Shown: piece after piece, positions 1 to 13,324 of the stretch
Layout: each line of letters begins with the position of its first letter
Position numbering within the stretch: the first letter of the stretch is position 1
From: Callorhinchus milii
Taxonomy: Eukaryota
NCBI RefSeq assembly: GCF_018977255.1
Contig: NW_024704743.1
Coordinates: 85,934,001 to 85,998,000, forward strand
Length of the DNA stretch: 64,000 nucleotides
Direction of reading: 5' to 3'
Notes under the pieces: model-generated
Databases searched by the model: none
What the model was told of the DNA's origin: nothing
The model's input: the letters and a program-made list of their open reading frames with translations, nothing else
Program-made: the position numbers and the translations under genes

Positions 1-661
1 ACGTCCTCCTGACATGAAAGGCGCTATACAAATGTAATTTGTTGCAATTTGTTGTTGTAATAGACATTTATACAGTCCACACAGTGTACCAATTCAGTGC
101 AAAGAATACAGTATAAATCCAGTGTGGGGTGTAGTAATTTGTAATGGAACTTAACTACACAGTTTGTCTGAATTCTCTATAACAGGGAAGACCACAGAGT
201 ATGACTCAGCTCGGCACAATTCTGTCCCATGAAATCCTCTCTTTTATTCTTTCCTCATTACATTTCCAGAAATTTGTCCAGAGGAATGGTTACTCTGAGA
301 ACATAGCAAACTAGTTTGTCCAGCTTGTTTGATTAAAAAGCAAATGAAGCAGAGTCTGTTCACAAATCAGGAAATTTATCTCTTTTACTTTTAATCTAGA
401 GCCAGGTCGGTATATTCCCAGGAAAATGTTCCTCACACATATGTTCTGTGAGCAAACCAGGCTGATATTTTGTAAACAAAACGATTGTTTCAGGTTTCAA
501 GAGAATAAAAGAGAGGTGCCAGATATTGTTTTGGTAGTGCCATTTATTCTGCTATCATTTGTTAATGACCCAAATATCCAAATTGACAAAGTCAACTAAA
601 ATGGGACAGGAAACAAACTTCATAAAGGCAGGCAAGCACTTCTCTGTTTTTTTTTACTTAC

Positions 662-766
662 CTGATAAGCTTTATTAACCTGTGCAGCCGCCCAAGTGGC
701 ATATTTCATATTGTCCTTTTTTATTTTGGCGTTGGCTTTGGGATTAGAGGCAATATGACTTGCAGT
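662..766 (-). CDS. EMC2: EMC2 coding exon 10 ([35 protein letters not shown], 105 nt)
   Basis: Acceptor tctatttccaag, donor GTAAGT. Confidence 0.96.
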
Positions 767-2085
767 CTTGGAAATAGAGAAAAAAATGTAAATAGAGATA
801 ATATTTAGCCTACAATTGTGTTATTTTATATTATACCACATTGTAGCATTTACCAAAAATATCTGTTGGCTGCAAAAATTGTAACAACATTCAAAAGGGA
901 ACTGGAAAACACAGATTACCTTAGATAGCTCCAAAAGGGAGCTCCAATAGCACACTGGCACAGACTCCACTGGCACACAGTACAAACGTTCTAGGAATTT
1001 CTCATTATTTATGTTTTGGGTCATGCGACAATGATGCATTAACTGCAAAAAGTTTCTCAACACAGAAGAGAAAACTTGGGTCAAGAAAATGTATTTCATG
1101 AATTTTAGAACTAACACCCAAAATATAATGGCTTGGGTCCACACACTCAGTCCTATGGTATAACAAAGTGCCAAAAAATGGACAACTTCTGACTCGTCAG
1201 ATTGTCAGTGATGCCGCAAGAGTGCGCTGCACAGAAGCGTAGCTGACATCACTTCCTTCTCAAAGTGCCATGAGCAGTGCCAGGGGCAGATTGGCTATTC
1301 AGAAATTCCGAGCCCTTTCGGGAGCTATTGCACCACTGAGCAATGATTTCTCCAGATAGAGTGCAGGAATTTAAGGCAGCAGGAAGTGACCCTAACCAAT
1401 GATCTGATAACTCAGAAGGTGCCAGCTTTTTTTGTCCACAGTACACCTCAGCTATAAGTGAACCCATAATAAACTTGACAGCTTTATGCAGGGGTACCTG
1501 TAATAGATTCATTAGTACTTGTAAAATTAACACAGGGTCTATAAAGTTAAAACATGTCAATGTACTTCAAAGGTAGTCGCTACACTTAACAGCAATTGTG
1601 CATTTGGAGGCAAATGTAGAAGTTATTTTGCATACAAGGGCCCACAAACGGCCAAATCGTTTCACGGGATCTTTAATGTCCACCTGAAGAGGTAGATGAG
1701 ATGTTGTCTTAACATCTGATCAAAGAAGAAGAAAAAAAGGAGAGAAAAATAGCATTGTTTTTAAAAAGCCAGAATAATGAAAAAGAGAACGGGAGGAAAA
1801 AAGACCACAGGTGAGGTATTTAAAATGTTTAAAATAGTGTTTATAAAATTTACTTTAGCAGGCTAGGATTAATATTACATGAATAAACTTCTGACCATCT
1901 TTCTTATTATTTGAACATTGGTGCTTTTTAACACCAGTGCGTGAGTAGAAAATATGCTGAACATGGGATAGACTGTTTTTTCAAGTCTTTAAATCATGGT
2001 CATAAATGAGAAGCAGCCTTACATCTCCAGGGAGCTACAAAATAACTTTATTAGTGTACAATTTCCTCCACATATTCCAACTTAC

Positions 2086-2196
2086 CATATAAAGCCCAAA
2101 CAAAGCTCTCATATTTCTGTTGTTTAGCTTCAGGGCCTGGGAAAAATATTTTCGAGCTATCTCCAGGTTTTCAAGACCACCTTGTGTGTATTTCAC
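2086..2196 (-). CDS. EMC2: EMC2 coding exon 9 ([37 protein letters not shown], 111 nt)
   Basis: Acceptor ctgtattacag, donor GTAAGT; peptide in ORF 2035..2274. Confidence 0.97.
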
Positions 2197-3387
2197 CTGT
2201 AATACAGAGGAGTAAAGATGAATAAAGTTGGCTAAATTTTGAACCTCAATATTTTCGAACTTGATTAAAAGCACAAATTGAAATTATCTATTTGCAGTGC
2301 TCCAAGACACTATCCTGTGTGAAGGTTGTTATATAAATTCAAGTTGTTGTTGGAATGTTAATAACTCTATTTTACAACAAGACTCATTGAGCTTTTGCAA
2401 GACTTCATTTAAATCACTATCAAAACGTTTAATTTGTGCTTTGTGCTGTGCTACTATTCATCAGAAGAGTGTAAGAAAACATGATGCAGATTAATAATTT
2501 AACTACTATTTTGCTCCTGCGAAACACTGCCTGTTAAGCTTTTATTGTGAATTCTGTGCCAGCCATTCATAGCGAATACAACAATTTTCTTCACCCAGTG
2601 TCAACATCAAGCTTTCTCTAAGTATAGTAGTTAGAAACTGAGTAAAGCTCCTTCTCTTCTGCCCGAAAACTCCAGTCTCAGGAAATCAGTGTATTTCCAC
2701 TTTCTATTGTAGTTATCCAACAGCTCCATTATAACATGCTGTTTGCCAACCCACCTTATAATGGGGCCTGAATGCCTATCAGGATTTCCGTAACATGATA
2801 TCAGTCATTTAACTGTTGTCATCATATTAAGGGATGCTTAAAAACATGGTCAATTTCTGTGTTACCAGGTCACCAATGGCCTTCTTGTGTGTTGTACACA
2901 TGCATGGAATGTCTCCAGCCTCGTAATGCACAATCTAACCAGCTAGGATTTTAAAAAGTACATGAGATTTTATTCATTTTACACTGAGATTGGTATCTGA
3001 TTATATATTAAAACTAGAATTTGATGCAACCATCCTTATTTCCCTAATACAGCAATTGCAACAGATTGATATAATGGTCTTCTGTGCTGTAAATTTCTAT
3101 ATAACACAAACAAAGTGAGGTGGCAACACACATTATTCAGAGGGGGATGTTGTCAGTACAAAGGTCTACAAATGCATTCACTTTTTAAGTGTGAATGAAT
3201 TATGTTTCTCTGACTTTGAAATGAACCCAATAAATAACAGCAAGTACAAGCAAATTATGTTATTACAGGTGTATATGACCGTTTATACATGTACATATTC
3301 CTTGAATTAACTGAGGGAAAAAGATCACATCCTCTCTCTGATTTTGGATTAGAAATGCAACAGCCTGTGTCAAAAGATTAAAAATAA

Positions 3388-3575
3388 TCAACAACAACAA
3401 CAAGATTCCATTTATAGAGCGCCTTTCACGTCGGGAGGACGTCCCAAGGTGCTGTACAGTTGGGTCAGGACCTGAGCAGGGGGGAAATGGTGAGGGGAGG
3501 GAAGGGAGGGAGCGAGGAGGGGGTAGAGAGTCGAGAGGGGAGCTGAAGGCACGGTCAAAGAGAAGAGTCTTAGAA
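3388..3575 (-). mobile_element. Young L2 3' end
   Basis: Near-identical to the 3' end of the 33898 element. Confidence 0.9.
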
Positions 3576-3693
3576 CCGAGAGAAGATTCTGCAGTGTAAT
3601 GGAATGGAACTATCAAATCAACTGAGCAGTTTTTTACATTATTATTGTGTTAATATCTGTAACAAGAATGAAGATGTTGTTCTCTACGCCCAC

Positions 3694-3775
3694 CTCTGCA
3701 TAATTCTGACAATACAGGTGATTGTGAGGGTTGGTCATCATAAGCTCTTCCAGGCAAAATGCTGCTTTTCCATAA
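3694..3775 (-). CDS. EMC2: EMC2 coding exon 8 ([27 protein letters not shown], 82 nt)
   Basis: Acceptor ttttatcatgcag, donor GTGGGC; peptide in ORF 3634..3846. Confidence 0.97.
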
Positions 3776-4379
3776 CTGCATGATAAAAAAAATGAATGCA
3801 GAATGATGAAAAAGGCAAACAGTTCAACACAATTAATTTCCTGCACTAGTTTGTTTGTTGCAAATTTAAATTCAAATCAAAATGCCAAGTTATTTCAATT
3901 GATTTTGCTACCTTCACTTTACTTTGGTACACACAGCAAAAAAAGTTATTAATTGTGTTTTAAATGGCATTCAACTGAGCATTATCTTCTAATATAACTC
4001 AGTGGTGATCATATTATATAACATACTGCACTTTTTAAAAATGTATTTAATGAATAGGAAATGATATCCTCCTTGTTCAATATACAGCTTGACAAATTAC
4101 TTGACTAATTTCATTTCCAAACCCTACATATTGCAGTCTCTCCAAGGAGACTAAATCCAACAGAGCAGTGACCTAGAAGTAATCCCTTGTAAAAGTTGTG
4201 TTTGTGAGGCCAAAATAAGGTTAACACTACCACTGATAATTGCAAACAGGGAAATAATATGTTGAGGTAAGCAGTTAGTTAAATAAAAATATCTCTCTAA
4301 ATGGCTGTAATAACAATAAAGAGTTTGAAACCCACCATAAATGACACCAATATTGTTTTTCATAGCGAGAAAACTTTAA

Positions 4380-5260
4380 AGCACTAAAAGAAACTTTGAG
4401 CACAGAAGAAGGCCACTCAGCTCGTGTCTATCCCATTGCGATCAATATTAAGACCACTTTCCAACTCCTTTTCCCATATCCCTTAATATTTTTGCTGCTT
4501 GGTCGTTTATTGAGTTCCTTCAAGTTCCACTCTGAATGACTTGATCCAGTTACAAAAGCCACCTGTGGTAATAAATTCCAAACCTTAAGAATCCTCTGAG
4601 TGAAGAAATTCCTTCTCCCTGCTTCTTTTTCTAACAATCCTGAGACTATATACCCTTGCCACCAATTCCCCATATAAAGGAAATAGTTTTTCCCTATGTA
4701 ACTCCATTACAGCATCCTTCATTACTGATTCCCCATTCTCCTCAGCCCCAGTGGAAAATAACACAATTTAACCAGTTTCTCTCATACATATAATCTCATA
4801 CCCTGTGTCATTTTAGGGTAAATGAATCTGCATTGCATGCACTCTCTCTGTCTGACATCTTTCCTGTAATAGGGAGCCCATAACTGAACAAATTGCTCCA
4901 ACAATACCCTAACCAATGTATCATACAATTCCAACATCATTTCCCTACTTTTATAATCAATTTCCTGATTTGTAAATCCCCAAAACCTCATTTGTCTTCT
5001 CTTGTACTGGTTCCCCACATTTAGCGATTTATCCATTTTTACCCCAGACCCCTTCACTCCTCCACTTTAGCTGAGTGTTTACCCTTCAAGCTAAACGTTA
5101 TAACTCATAGGACTATTTCTCTAGCCTAAAAATGTCCTCCTAAAGTCTTGCATAATTATTCTCACAACTTGCTTATTCAGACATTTTGATATCAGCAGCA
5201 AATTTGGATACAATCACTCCAATGTTTAAGCCAAGTCACTGATGCATACTGTAAAAAGCA
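4380..5260 (-). mobile_element. Degenerate CR1 LINE 3' fragment
   Basis: YKSREMMLELYDTLVR...VQLWAPYYRKD and NFFTQRILKVWNLLPQ. Confidence 0.85.
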
Positions 5261-6477
5261 ATACATCCTATTAGTCTGAGAAATGTCTAATGATTCACAC
5301 TTTCTCCCTAAGCAATCTTTCTATCCACTGGTTGATGGAACCAGGGAGAAATCCGTTTGATAATTCCAGTCAGGAGTTAATTAAAGCACATCAATTTGAG
5401 GTTAAATTAATCAGGTTAATCAGAATTAAGGATGTTGATCAAAAGTATGTTACAAAAGATGTTTTTAGAGGAGTTTTGAAGGCAGCGAGCAAAAGAGAGA
5501 GAGCGGGAGAGAAAGAGAAAGCAAGGCAAGGGTTTTGGAAGACAATTCACCATGCAGTAGCATAAATGGCTGAAGGTTTGACAACCAATGGTGAGATGGA
5601 GGGAGTGATGAAGCAAGAAACACCAGATTCAAGGACTACTACGAGTTTAAAATGTACGAAGTATTCCAGTCAACTTTGTTACAGCATCCTTCTTTCCTGA
5701 TTTCCAGATATACCTTTTCAGTCCCTCCTCCTCCTCCCGACCACATCTTCCCAAACTGCTTCTTATGACCCCTTGCACAGTTACTAAACCACCATCATCT
5801 GGGAAATTGTTGTAGTTGGCATAGTTTGGCTCTTAGCTTTATTATGAGAAGGGAGTGCACAATGTGATATAATCTAGTCTGAGCAGAGAAAAAAAAATTG
5901 TGACAAAAGTGACAGATCTTTTAAAGAAGAGGTGGAAAAAGCTGTGATAATAGAAGTAGTATTAAGCTCTAAACTAATCCTCTCACATTGGGATTTCCTC
6001 TTGCCACGACAGCAACAAATGCATTGAACAAAACCATAAATATCCAATAAACTGTTTTTGTACTATGACTGGGATTCTTTGGCCTGCCGCTTTTTCACCC
6101 TGACAACAGACTACACAGTCTGAACTCCTAATTCTCATCCCTTAACAATAATATGGGATAGATGTGACAGAAACCAAATTATTTTTCTACCATCCTCACG
6201 CCAGAGCCTATTCTCCTAGCAACACAACCATAAGCAAGGATATGGAAGTGCTTTCTTCTCCCACAAGTGCGAGGGCTTACAGTTAAATCCTATTAAAGTC
6301 TGATTCCATGAAACAAACAGCAGCAATGTTCAATCTTGCCCCAGGAGACCTTGGCATTTTGTGGGCTATTGTGACGCTCTCGGAACCTCAATGGATCATG
6401 CTGTCCACTTTTGTGCTGAAATGAAGCACCAGAACTTGTAAAGAAACATAACATATTTGAGACAGATAGCATACTTA

Positions 6478-6600
<123 letters not shown>

Positions 6601-6675
6601 TTAGAATGCAAATTCCTTTTTAATTAAAAAAGGTTTATCAGAGGGCATAGCTCAATCCCCTTGTAAAACACTCAC

Positions 6676-6761
6676 TGTTCTAGATACTCATTCAGCTCCC
6701 TGGTGGCTTCAGTGGTTTTCCCCAGGGCTTTGAGAATGGCAATCTTACGCTTCCGTGCTGC
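6676..6761 (-). CDS. EMC2: EMC2 coding exon 6 ([29 protein letters not shown], 86 nt)
   Basis: Acceptor caatccacag, donor GTGAGT. Confidence 0.96.
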
Positions 6762-8520
6762 CTGTGGATTGACATTAATAGAGGATTACGGTCTCATAAT
6801 TCCTCAAGTGTTTGTAAAGAAGGTAATTTGACTGTGCAAATTATTATCTCAATGCCAGAAAATTCCAATGCAGAGTGACTGCATGACTGGAGTTTATCAA
6901 CATAGCCCGTAATATCCCCCTGTGAATTCGAAAACCTGCTTGCACAATTGCACTATGCTTTATTTCTGATGCAAGCAGTACATGCATCATTTCATCTTGA
7001 TAAATGATTTTACTGCTTTCAATAAGGGCAGAACAGCAGGATACCTAAATCTGTGTCCATCAGATGTTTACTGTCATTCACAGGATTTGTATCTTGGGGG
7101 ATAAATTATAATGAAGGATTAAAGTATCCTACTGTGTTACCTCCTCGTCAGCTCAACAATGTTGCTGACAACAGTTTGGATTGATTTTATTATGTATTAT
7201 GACTTTTCTGGAATTTAAAAAAATTGTAAATAGCAACCCAGTTTATATTTGCATCTCCTCAGACTTTCACTCCAAATGGTATAGACATGATATCAGGGTC
7301 AACATAGTCACTCTAAATAAGTGTACCAATTCTCAAAGACAAATCACCACAATGCATTGAAAAAATATTCACCAATTATTTTGAGCAATATTTAAACCGG
7401 ACTCGGCACCACAGCGTGCGATACTTTGTTTGAAAAAGAATAAATCTTACTTAAATCCGTAATCCTTTACCACATATCTGACATTTATGGGGTTGCCTAC
7501 ATGCTTGCTTTCTCTCCAACAGTGGAAATAATGACACCTTTTCTGTGTTGGAAATTATTTCAGGATTCTTTTGGGTTGCACTATAAAATGTGCAGAGAAA
7601 GTGTACAATACATTGTTTGTTGTGACATTTAAATGTCTTTTGTGATATGGTTGTTGAACAAGAAAAAGAGATTTGTAGGTTTCATTAAGTATTGCTAATA
7701 ATACATTGCTACCATTATATATTTCCTTGCTAGGTCAAGCTCAGGTTCCCAGGAAATCAAGCTTAAACTTTCTTTTATCTTCACAGGAATTGAACATTAG
7801 TCAAACAGACACAACCTGAAATGCATCAATTCTGTCTCATCCTATGATTCAACAAGTAGCAGGTCAGCACTCATATGCAATGGGGTGGGAACAAAGACTT
7901 CAATTGTAATTAACTTTCTAAACGTGCTAGGACGCTATCAACAGGCACTGCTCTAGTCACATCACAGTAATATCAATGAACTACACAAAAAATATGTTTT
8001 TTTTACATGCAATGTAATTTTTAAGAATAAAATTTCTAAGTAAGTGAGAACTCTAACCTAGGTCCTGTGGTCAGTGGAAGAAGATATAGGGACAATACTT
8101 TTTGTATTCTGATATTAAATCTGAATACTCTGAAAAACTAAAATAGATGCCAAGTTAAGAATAATTTGCCAATAGAATCAGCATTTTAGATTATGTTACT
8201 GATGATTTGTAATACAGCATGCATCGAAAGGGCCATTAATTATGCCAAAAAGTCACTTGAGGGGGAAGCTTCTACAGTTATTGAGCAATTACAATAATAT
8301 TTGGGAGGTGTAGGGCATGTCCTGACAGGAAACTTCATACAATTGCCCCACAAGCCAAATGGCTTTCTTCTGTGCTGTAAATTTTATGGTTCTAAGGATG
8401 GTGGGTTTATTTCCTAATTTAAACGTCATAATAAAAACAAGCATCAAAAAACAAACAGACTAAAGTAAGCCTTCACATCTCCTCTTGAATGCATCTTAGA
8501 TCTTTGATCTTTATTATGAG

Positions 8521-8985
8521 AACAACAACAACAAGATTACATTTGTGTAGTGCCTTTCAAGTCGGGAGGACGTCCATTTCAGAGTACAGCATTTCAGACC
8601 TGAGCTGGGGTCTGGGGGGGAAAGGAGGGGAGGGGAAGGGAGGTGGCCGATGGCATGGTAGAAGAGGAGAGTCTTGAGGCGGGACTTGAAGAAGGCTAAG
8701 GAGGGGGTGAGGCTGAGTGATTGGGGGATGGAGTTCCAGAGGTTGGGGCAGAGTAGAAGAAAGCGGTGCTAGTGAGGAATCGGATGTGGGGGAGGAAGGA
8801 TAATTGGGGGTCCAACCTGACGCCTAGGTTGCATACGGGTTCAGAGAGTTTTAGGGGGAGGTCGGATAGGTGGAGGAGGTGAGAGCCATGAGATTTTAGA
8901 CGTTGACGAGAGCCAAAGAGTATTGCTTCCGTCTTGTCAACGTTCAGCCGAAGGAAGTTTACGCTCATCCAGCCCCTGAGATTCT
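8521..8985 (-). mobile_element. Internally deleted L2 derivative
   Basis: WMSVNFLRLNVDKTEAILFGSRQ frame fused to the 3' end; (TTG)n tail. Confidence 0.85.
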
Positions 8986-8999
8986 GCACTATTCAGGCT

Positions 9000-9333
9000 G
9001 ACTGAATAGTGCAGAATTAAGCTCTCTCTTTTCAGCCTTAAATCCAAACTCAGGAGAGCAACCATTATTGCACCAATGTGGCATTTTCCTAATTCTGACA
9101 CCAGCCAATCTGTGCCCCTCTCTTAAATATCAATTCAGACTGACAATTCTGTGAAAAATGAAGGGCAATTTTTCACTTATACAAGTCCATGCCTACTAAG
9201 AACTTGGTTGAGGCAGTCCAAATGCATTTCAAATAGTATCCCTGCATCTAGCAGACAAAGAAGACTTTCGTTTCCAGGTTCAGAGGTGAAAGGCCAGTAG
9301 GTTAATACCCTATTCTGCACCACCTAGTCCCCC
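9000..9333 (-). mobile_element. LF-SINE-like ancient SINE relic
   Basis: Minus strand GGGGACTAGGTGG...GCCTTTCACCTCTG...GAAAGTC...CTATTTGAAATG...CAAGTTCTTAGT resembles the LF-SINE 5' region as recalled. Confidence 0.55.
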
Positions 9334-11001
9334 AAATAGGTATAAAGCCACAACTAATGTGGAAACTGGAAAAAGTAGATAATAAGCAAAAATGAAAATC
9401 TAACGTCTTAAATTTATATCCTTTTGTAAAAACAATACTGAAATGTGCAATATTTGTGAACTACTTTTGGTGTTGTATTTTAAGCAACGGTTTACAAAAT
9501 CATTCATCTGAAAGTCTGATGGTAAAATTAAAAAAGAGAAAGGAGTTTCTCCTCTATTCAAAAAGAGAAAGGAGTTTCTTCAGGTGTCCTGGCAAACAAT
9601 CCCACAAAAATAAAATTTGTTATTCACTCCAAGGCTGTTTGTGGAATTGGCTGCCACGTTTCACCCATAAAATTCACAGGCATTCATTCTACTATACAGC
9701 ATATCCTGTGAAGCGCTTTGAGACATCTCAATGACATGATAAGGCGCTATATCAAGCATTATTATTAAAACACAAACTGTCAAAAGATCTACTCCTTTAA
9801 CACTAAAGTTAACATTAACTATACAAACAAATGCATAGGGTGCGTGCCTCCAATGTAAATATTTTCCCGTTTTAAAAATTATCCTACCAATTTTTTTAAA
9901 GCTCTCCCAATCTTACTTTTAATCTCCTTCACAGCTATGTGGAAACCTGTTTGGAGGATGGAGTTCCAGAGGTTGGGGGCAGAGTGGAAGAAAGCGGTGC
10001 TGGTGAGGAATCGGATGTGGAGGAGGAAGGATAATTGGGGGTCCAACCTGACACCTAGATGAATTTTCTGATCTGAAATTTACGAGCAGGTCTTCCATCT
10101 GATGATACAAGTGGGCTGTCTGACTCCACTCATTCAACTAATATGTTGTATCACTGCTAAATTGGTGGCTGCTCAACAAATTGTGAAATTATGGCTCCAG
10201 AAGGGAATTCAAGAACCAAAGAGTTGCAGACCACCAATAAATCAGTGTCCCTAACTGCGAGCTCCCAGACCATTATATAAGCCATCACTGACACTGATGC
10301 TGCCTTGTTTGCCCTTCTAACATTCATTTCATTTCTAACCAATTACCTCAGAACAGTCAAAATTGACAATGAGAGCTCGACACTTACATCGGACAGAATT
10401 TGTTTTTGCAGAAATATCAAAAAATTATGCAAACTGTCTCCTTGAGATACTGTGTATAGTGATTATTGTCTTCGATACACTGTACAAGTCCCTCAGCAGC
10501 TTTGATCAATTAGATCACTAGATGATGAAAATCAGTATGAAATTTCTCATCAACAGGAGAACAGCAAATACAAGAATCGTTGTGACTCAACAAGGGAATT
10601 TCACATCTGATGCTGCCAAAGCTTTTGATGGGTTGAATAGGAATAGGGCACTGTCTTAATCAGTTACTGAACCATTATCAAGCACAAAACAAAGTACAAA
10701 AACATTCATTCTCTAACCTCTGCATCACAATCTGGGTACAAGCTGAGTACAAAACACCTGAATAGATACAAACAAAGTCCCAATGATGATCAATTTTCCA
10801 CTGAGACATAGCAACTTGAAGCTGAAATTTTCCCAATATACACACACACACATATATATAATCTAATAATCCTTGGTAAATTAAAAAATACTGCAGCAAT
10901 TGACTCCAATATTTTAAATTTACAGGTGAAGACCAAGGATAAGAATAAGAATAATCCTTGCATTTGATATAGCGCCTTATCACGTCTTTGAGACTTCTCA
11001 G

Positions 11002-11310
11002 AATAATAATAATGCTTGCAATTGATATAGCGCTTTTCACGTCGGGAGGACGTCCCAAAGCGCTTCACAGAACACACTGTAAAGCGAATTGACTGTATAT
11101 TTTGTGGGCGAAATGTAGCAGCCAATTGTGTCCCACAAACAGTCGTGGATTGAGTGACTAAATTATTTTTTTTGAAGGAATCATTACCTGCAGATAAGTG
11201 ATCCGCCAATTGATTAACAATTGGGTTCCTACTTACTGCTAGGTAAACAGACTTGTGGAGTAAGGAAACTTGCCCAGTGTTTTGCCCTTCCGGGAATCGA
11301 ACCCAGTTTT
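11002..11310 (-). mobile_element. tRNA/Deu SINE, long form, 5'-truncated, adjacent to an orphan tail (10943-11001)
   Basis: Consensus match by eye. Confidence 0.88.
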
Positions 11311-13324
11311 GGTGTGCACCACAATGAACTGAGAGTGCAGAACAAGTACAGATAATATAGAATTTAGCATTATCCAAATAAGTGGATCCGTATATGATCC
11401 AATGGTTCACTAAAACCGATGACTAACAAACCAATCTAATATTTTCCTCTTATCTCTCTGTAGGTTCATTTATGTTAGATTTGAAACCTTAGTGTCAGTA
11501 TCAAAGTTGACATCATGGGTACCTGCTCTGCTATATAATGGCAAGAAACCTTTGAGAAGTACATTAATATCATTGCACAAGTTATCTTCTTTTGTTTAAC
11601 CACTGAAGTCTTTGAAACAAACTTGGAAGATTTTATCCAAGCAACATTTCTAATGATGACTACTCTGCTATCATTAGAACCTTCCACCTCTCAAGTGGGA
11701 GGATTTTGTATTCACAGTTGCTGTTTCGTGTACCTTGTACTTAATGATTTCTTTGAGGCTTTCAGTTCAATGCTTCTGGCTCTTTCTTTGAATTTTTGGT
11801 GCATTTCCCACAATCTGAAAGCCTCCGAGTGTAACTGTTAGTGACATTAAAGGTCCTCCTGCAACTTAAGGATATTTCAGAGCTAGGACTCAACATAGTG
11901 AAATATTTTAGATTTCTTACACAAAAGCACCACTGTAATTCATTGAAATAATATCCAGAGGTAAAAAAACGAATGTCATAGGAGTAGAATGTCATATCAA
12001 CACCAGCAGAATATTAACCTAGCAGGCCATGGGACCTAAATATACAGAATTTGTGGAGTTTTAAAAAAATCTGCAAGCTTGTTTTAAAAAATACATTTAT
12101 ACCCACTTATTTGACTCCTTGGGAGGAATGGGAAAAATGCCTCAAATACAAAATATCCATTACAAACTAGGATGGTTTACCATGGTTTTCTTATTACCTA
12201 CAATGAATGATTTCTTCATAAAATGCTGCCCATTCACTTTTCTTCTCCCTCAATCCTCAGTCTCTAATCATAGATATCAGCATGCTGGGCTGCTCAGTGT
12301 TCATTACGACAGAACATTTAACTCCTCATATAAAAATTCAAGTTCAATTCCTAGTATGGACTGCCTCTCAGACTGCCCCTAGAGGGCGAGTTTGGGCAGA
12401 ATGAAAGTTTCACTATCTGTTCGGAGGGAAAAAAGGCAAGGGCAGTCCCTTTCCATAACACTAAACAAACATTACAACATGTCAACCAAAGATAAGCACT
12501 GACTGTACTCAGAGATATTTATGGGCTGAAATTCACCGCCCTTCCAATCGAAAACAGTGTGAATAAAGGATGCTAAATTGAGGGAGAGGAGCAAAATATT
12601 GGGGAAGATGTCTCTTCCATCCAAAAAGTGACCACAAATCATGCATTTTTTAACTTTTTGTATCAAAAAAAATTTTTGTAAAAAAAATCGAAGTAAAAAA
12701 TTACTAAAACAACAAATTGAAAGCAATTTCAAAATATATTTCTTCACACAAGGGCAACTTTCAGTCATGCGAAGGAACACATCATTCTAGCTAAAATACT
12801 GTTACATTTTGGCAGCTATTTGATGAAGAAAAGCTCTATTTCCACGCAAGTAGAAATTAGCAAACATTTTTAATATTCTTAAAGAAATGACAAACTGTAA
12901 ATACAATATCACACCGTATGTAACTTTTTTGAGTAACCTGATCTTTTTCAATTAGATTATTAGATTGCTATGGCAGACAAATATACCTGTGCGTACTCCG
13001 ATTAGTCTAGACGAACATGAATTTATCAATGTGATAAAACTGCAAATGCCTCTTTACTGCAGCAAATGTTATCACTTCTTACATCTCACTTCATCCAACA
13101 ATGAACCAGAAATGATTATTTCTGCCAAGACCAAACATGTGTCTTCTATTACATTTTTCAATATTCCACAACAAATTTTAGTTAGTAAAGTACTAGAAAT
13201 ACATTTGCAATGAAGCCATATAGTCATAACTGTCTTCAGCAGCACGGTATCAGGCTTCACAATTATGCTGTCTACATTCACTCTTTGAAGATATCTCTAT
13301 TTAAGATGAGCAAATGTCTCTGAA

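Noticed and set aside
1190..1560. CpG-containing block with a 103-aa ORF in intron 9
   Set aside because: No start or splice support and no recognisable homology; it may be an old transposon or conserved element but cannot be supported from the sequence alone
10678..11410. Overlapping 126-aa and 206-aa ORFs, with recurring peptides such as [11 protein letters not shown] and [18 protein letters not shown]
   Set aside because: Read-through of SINE tails; recurrence reflects repeat copies, not a protein family
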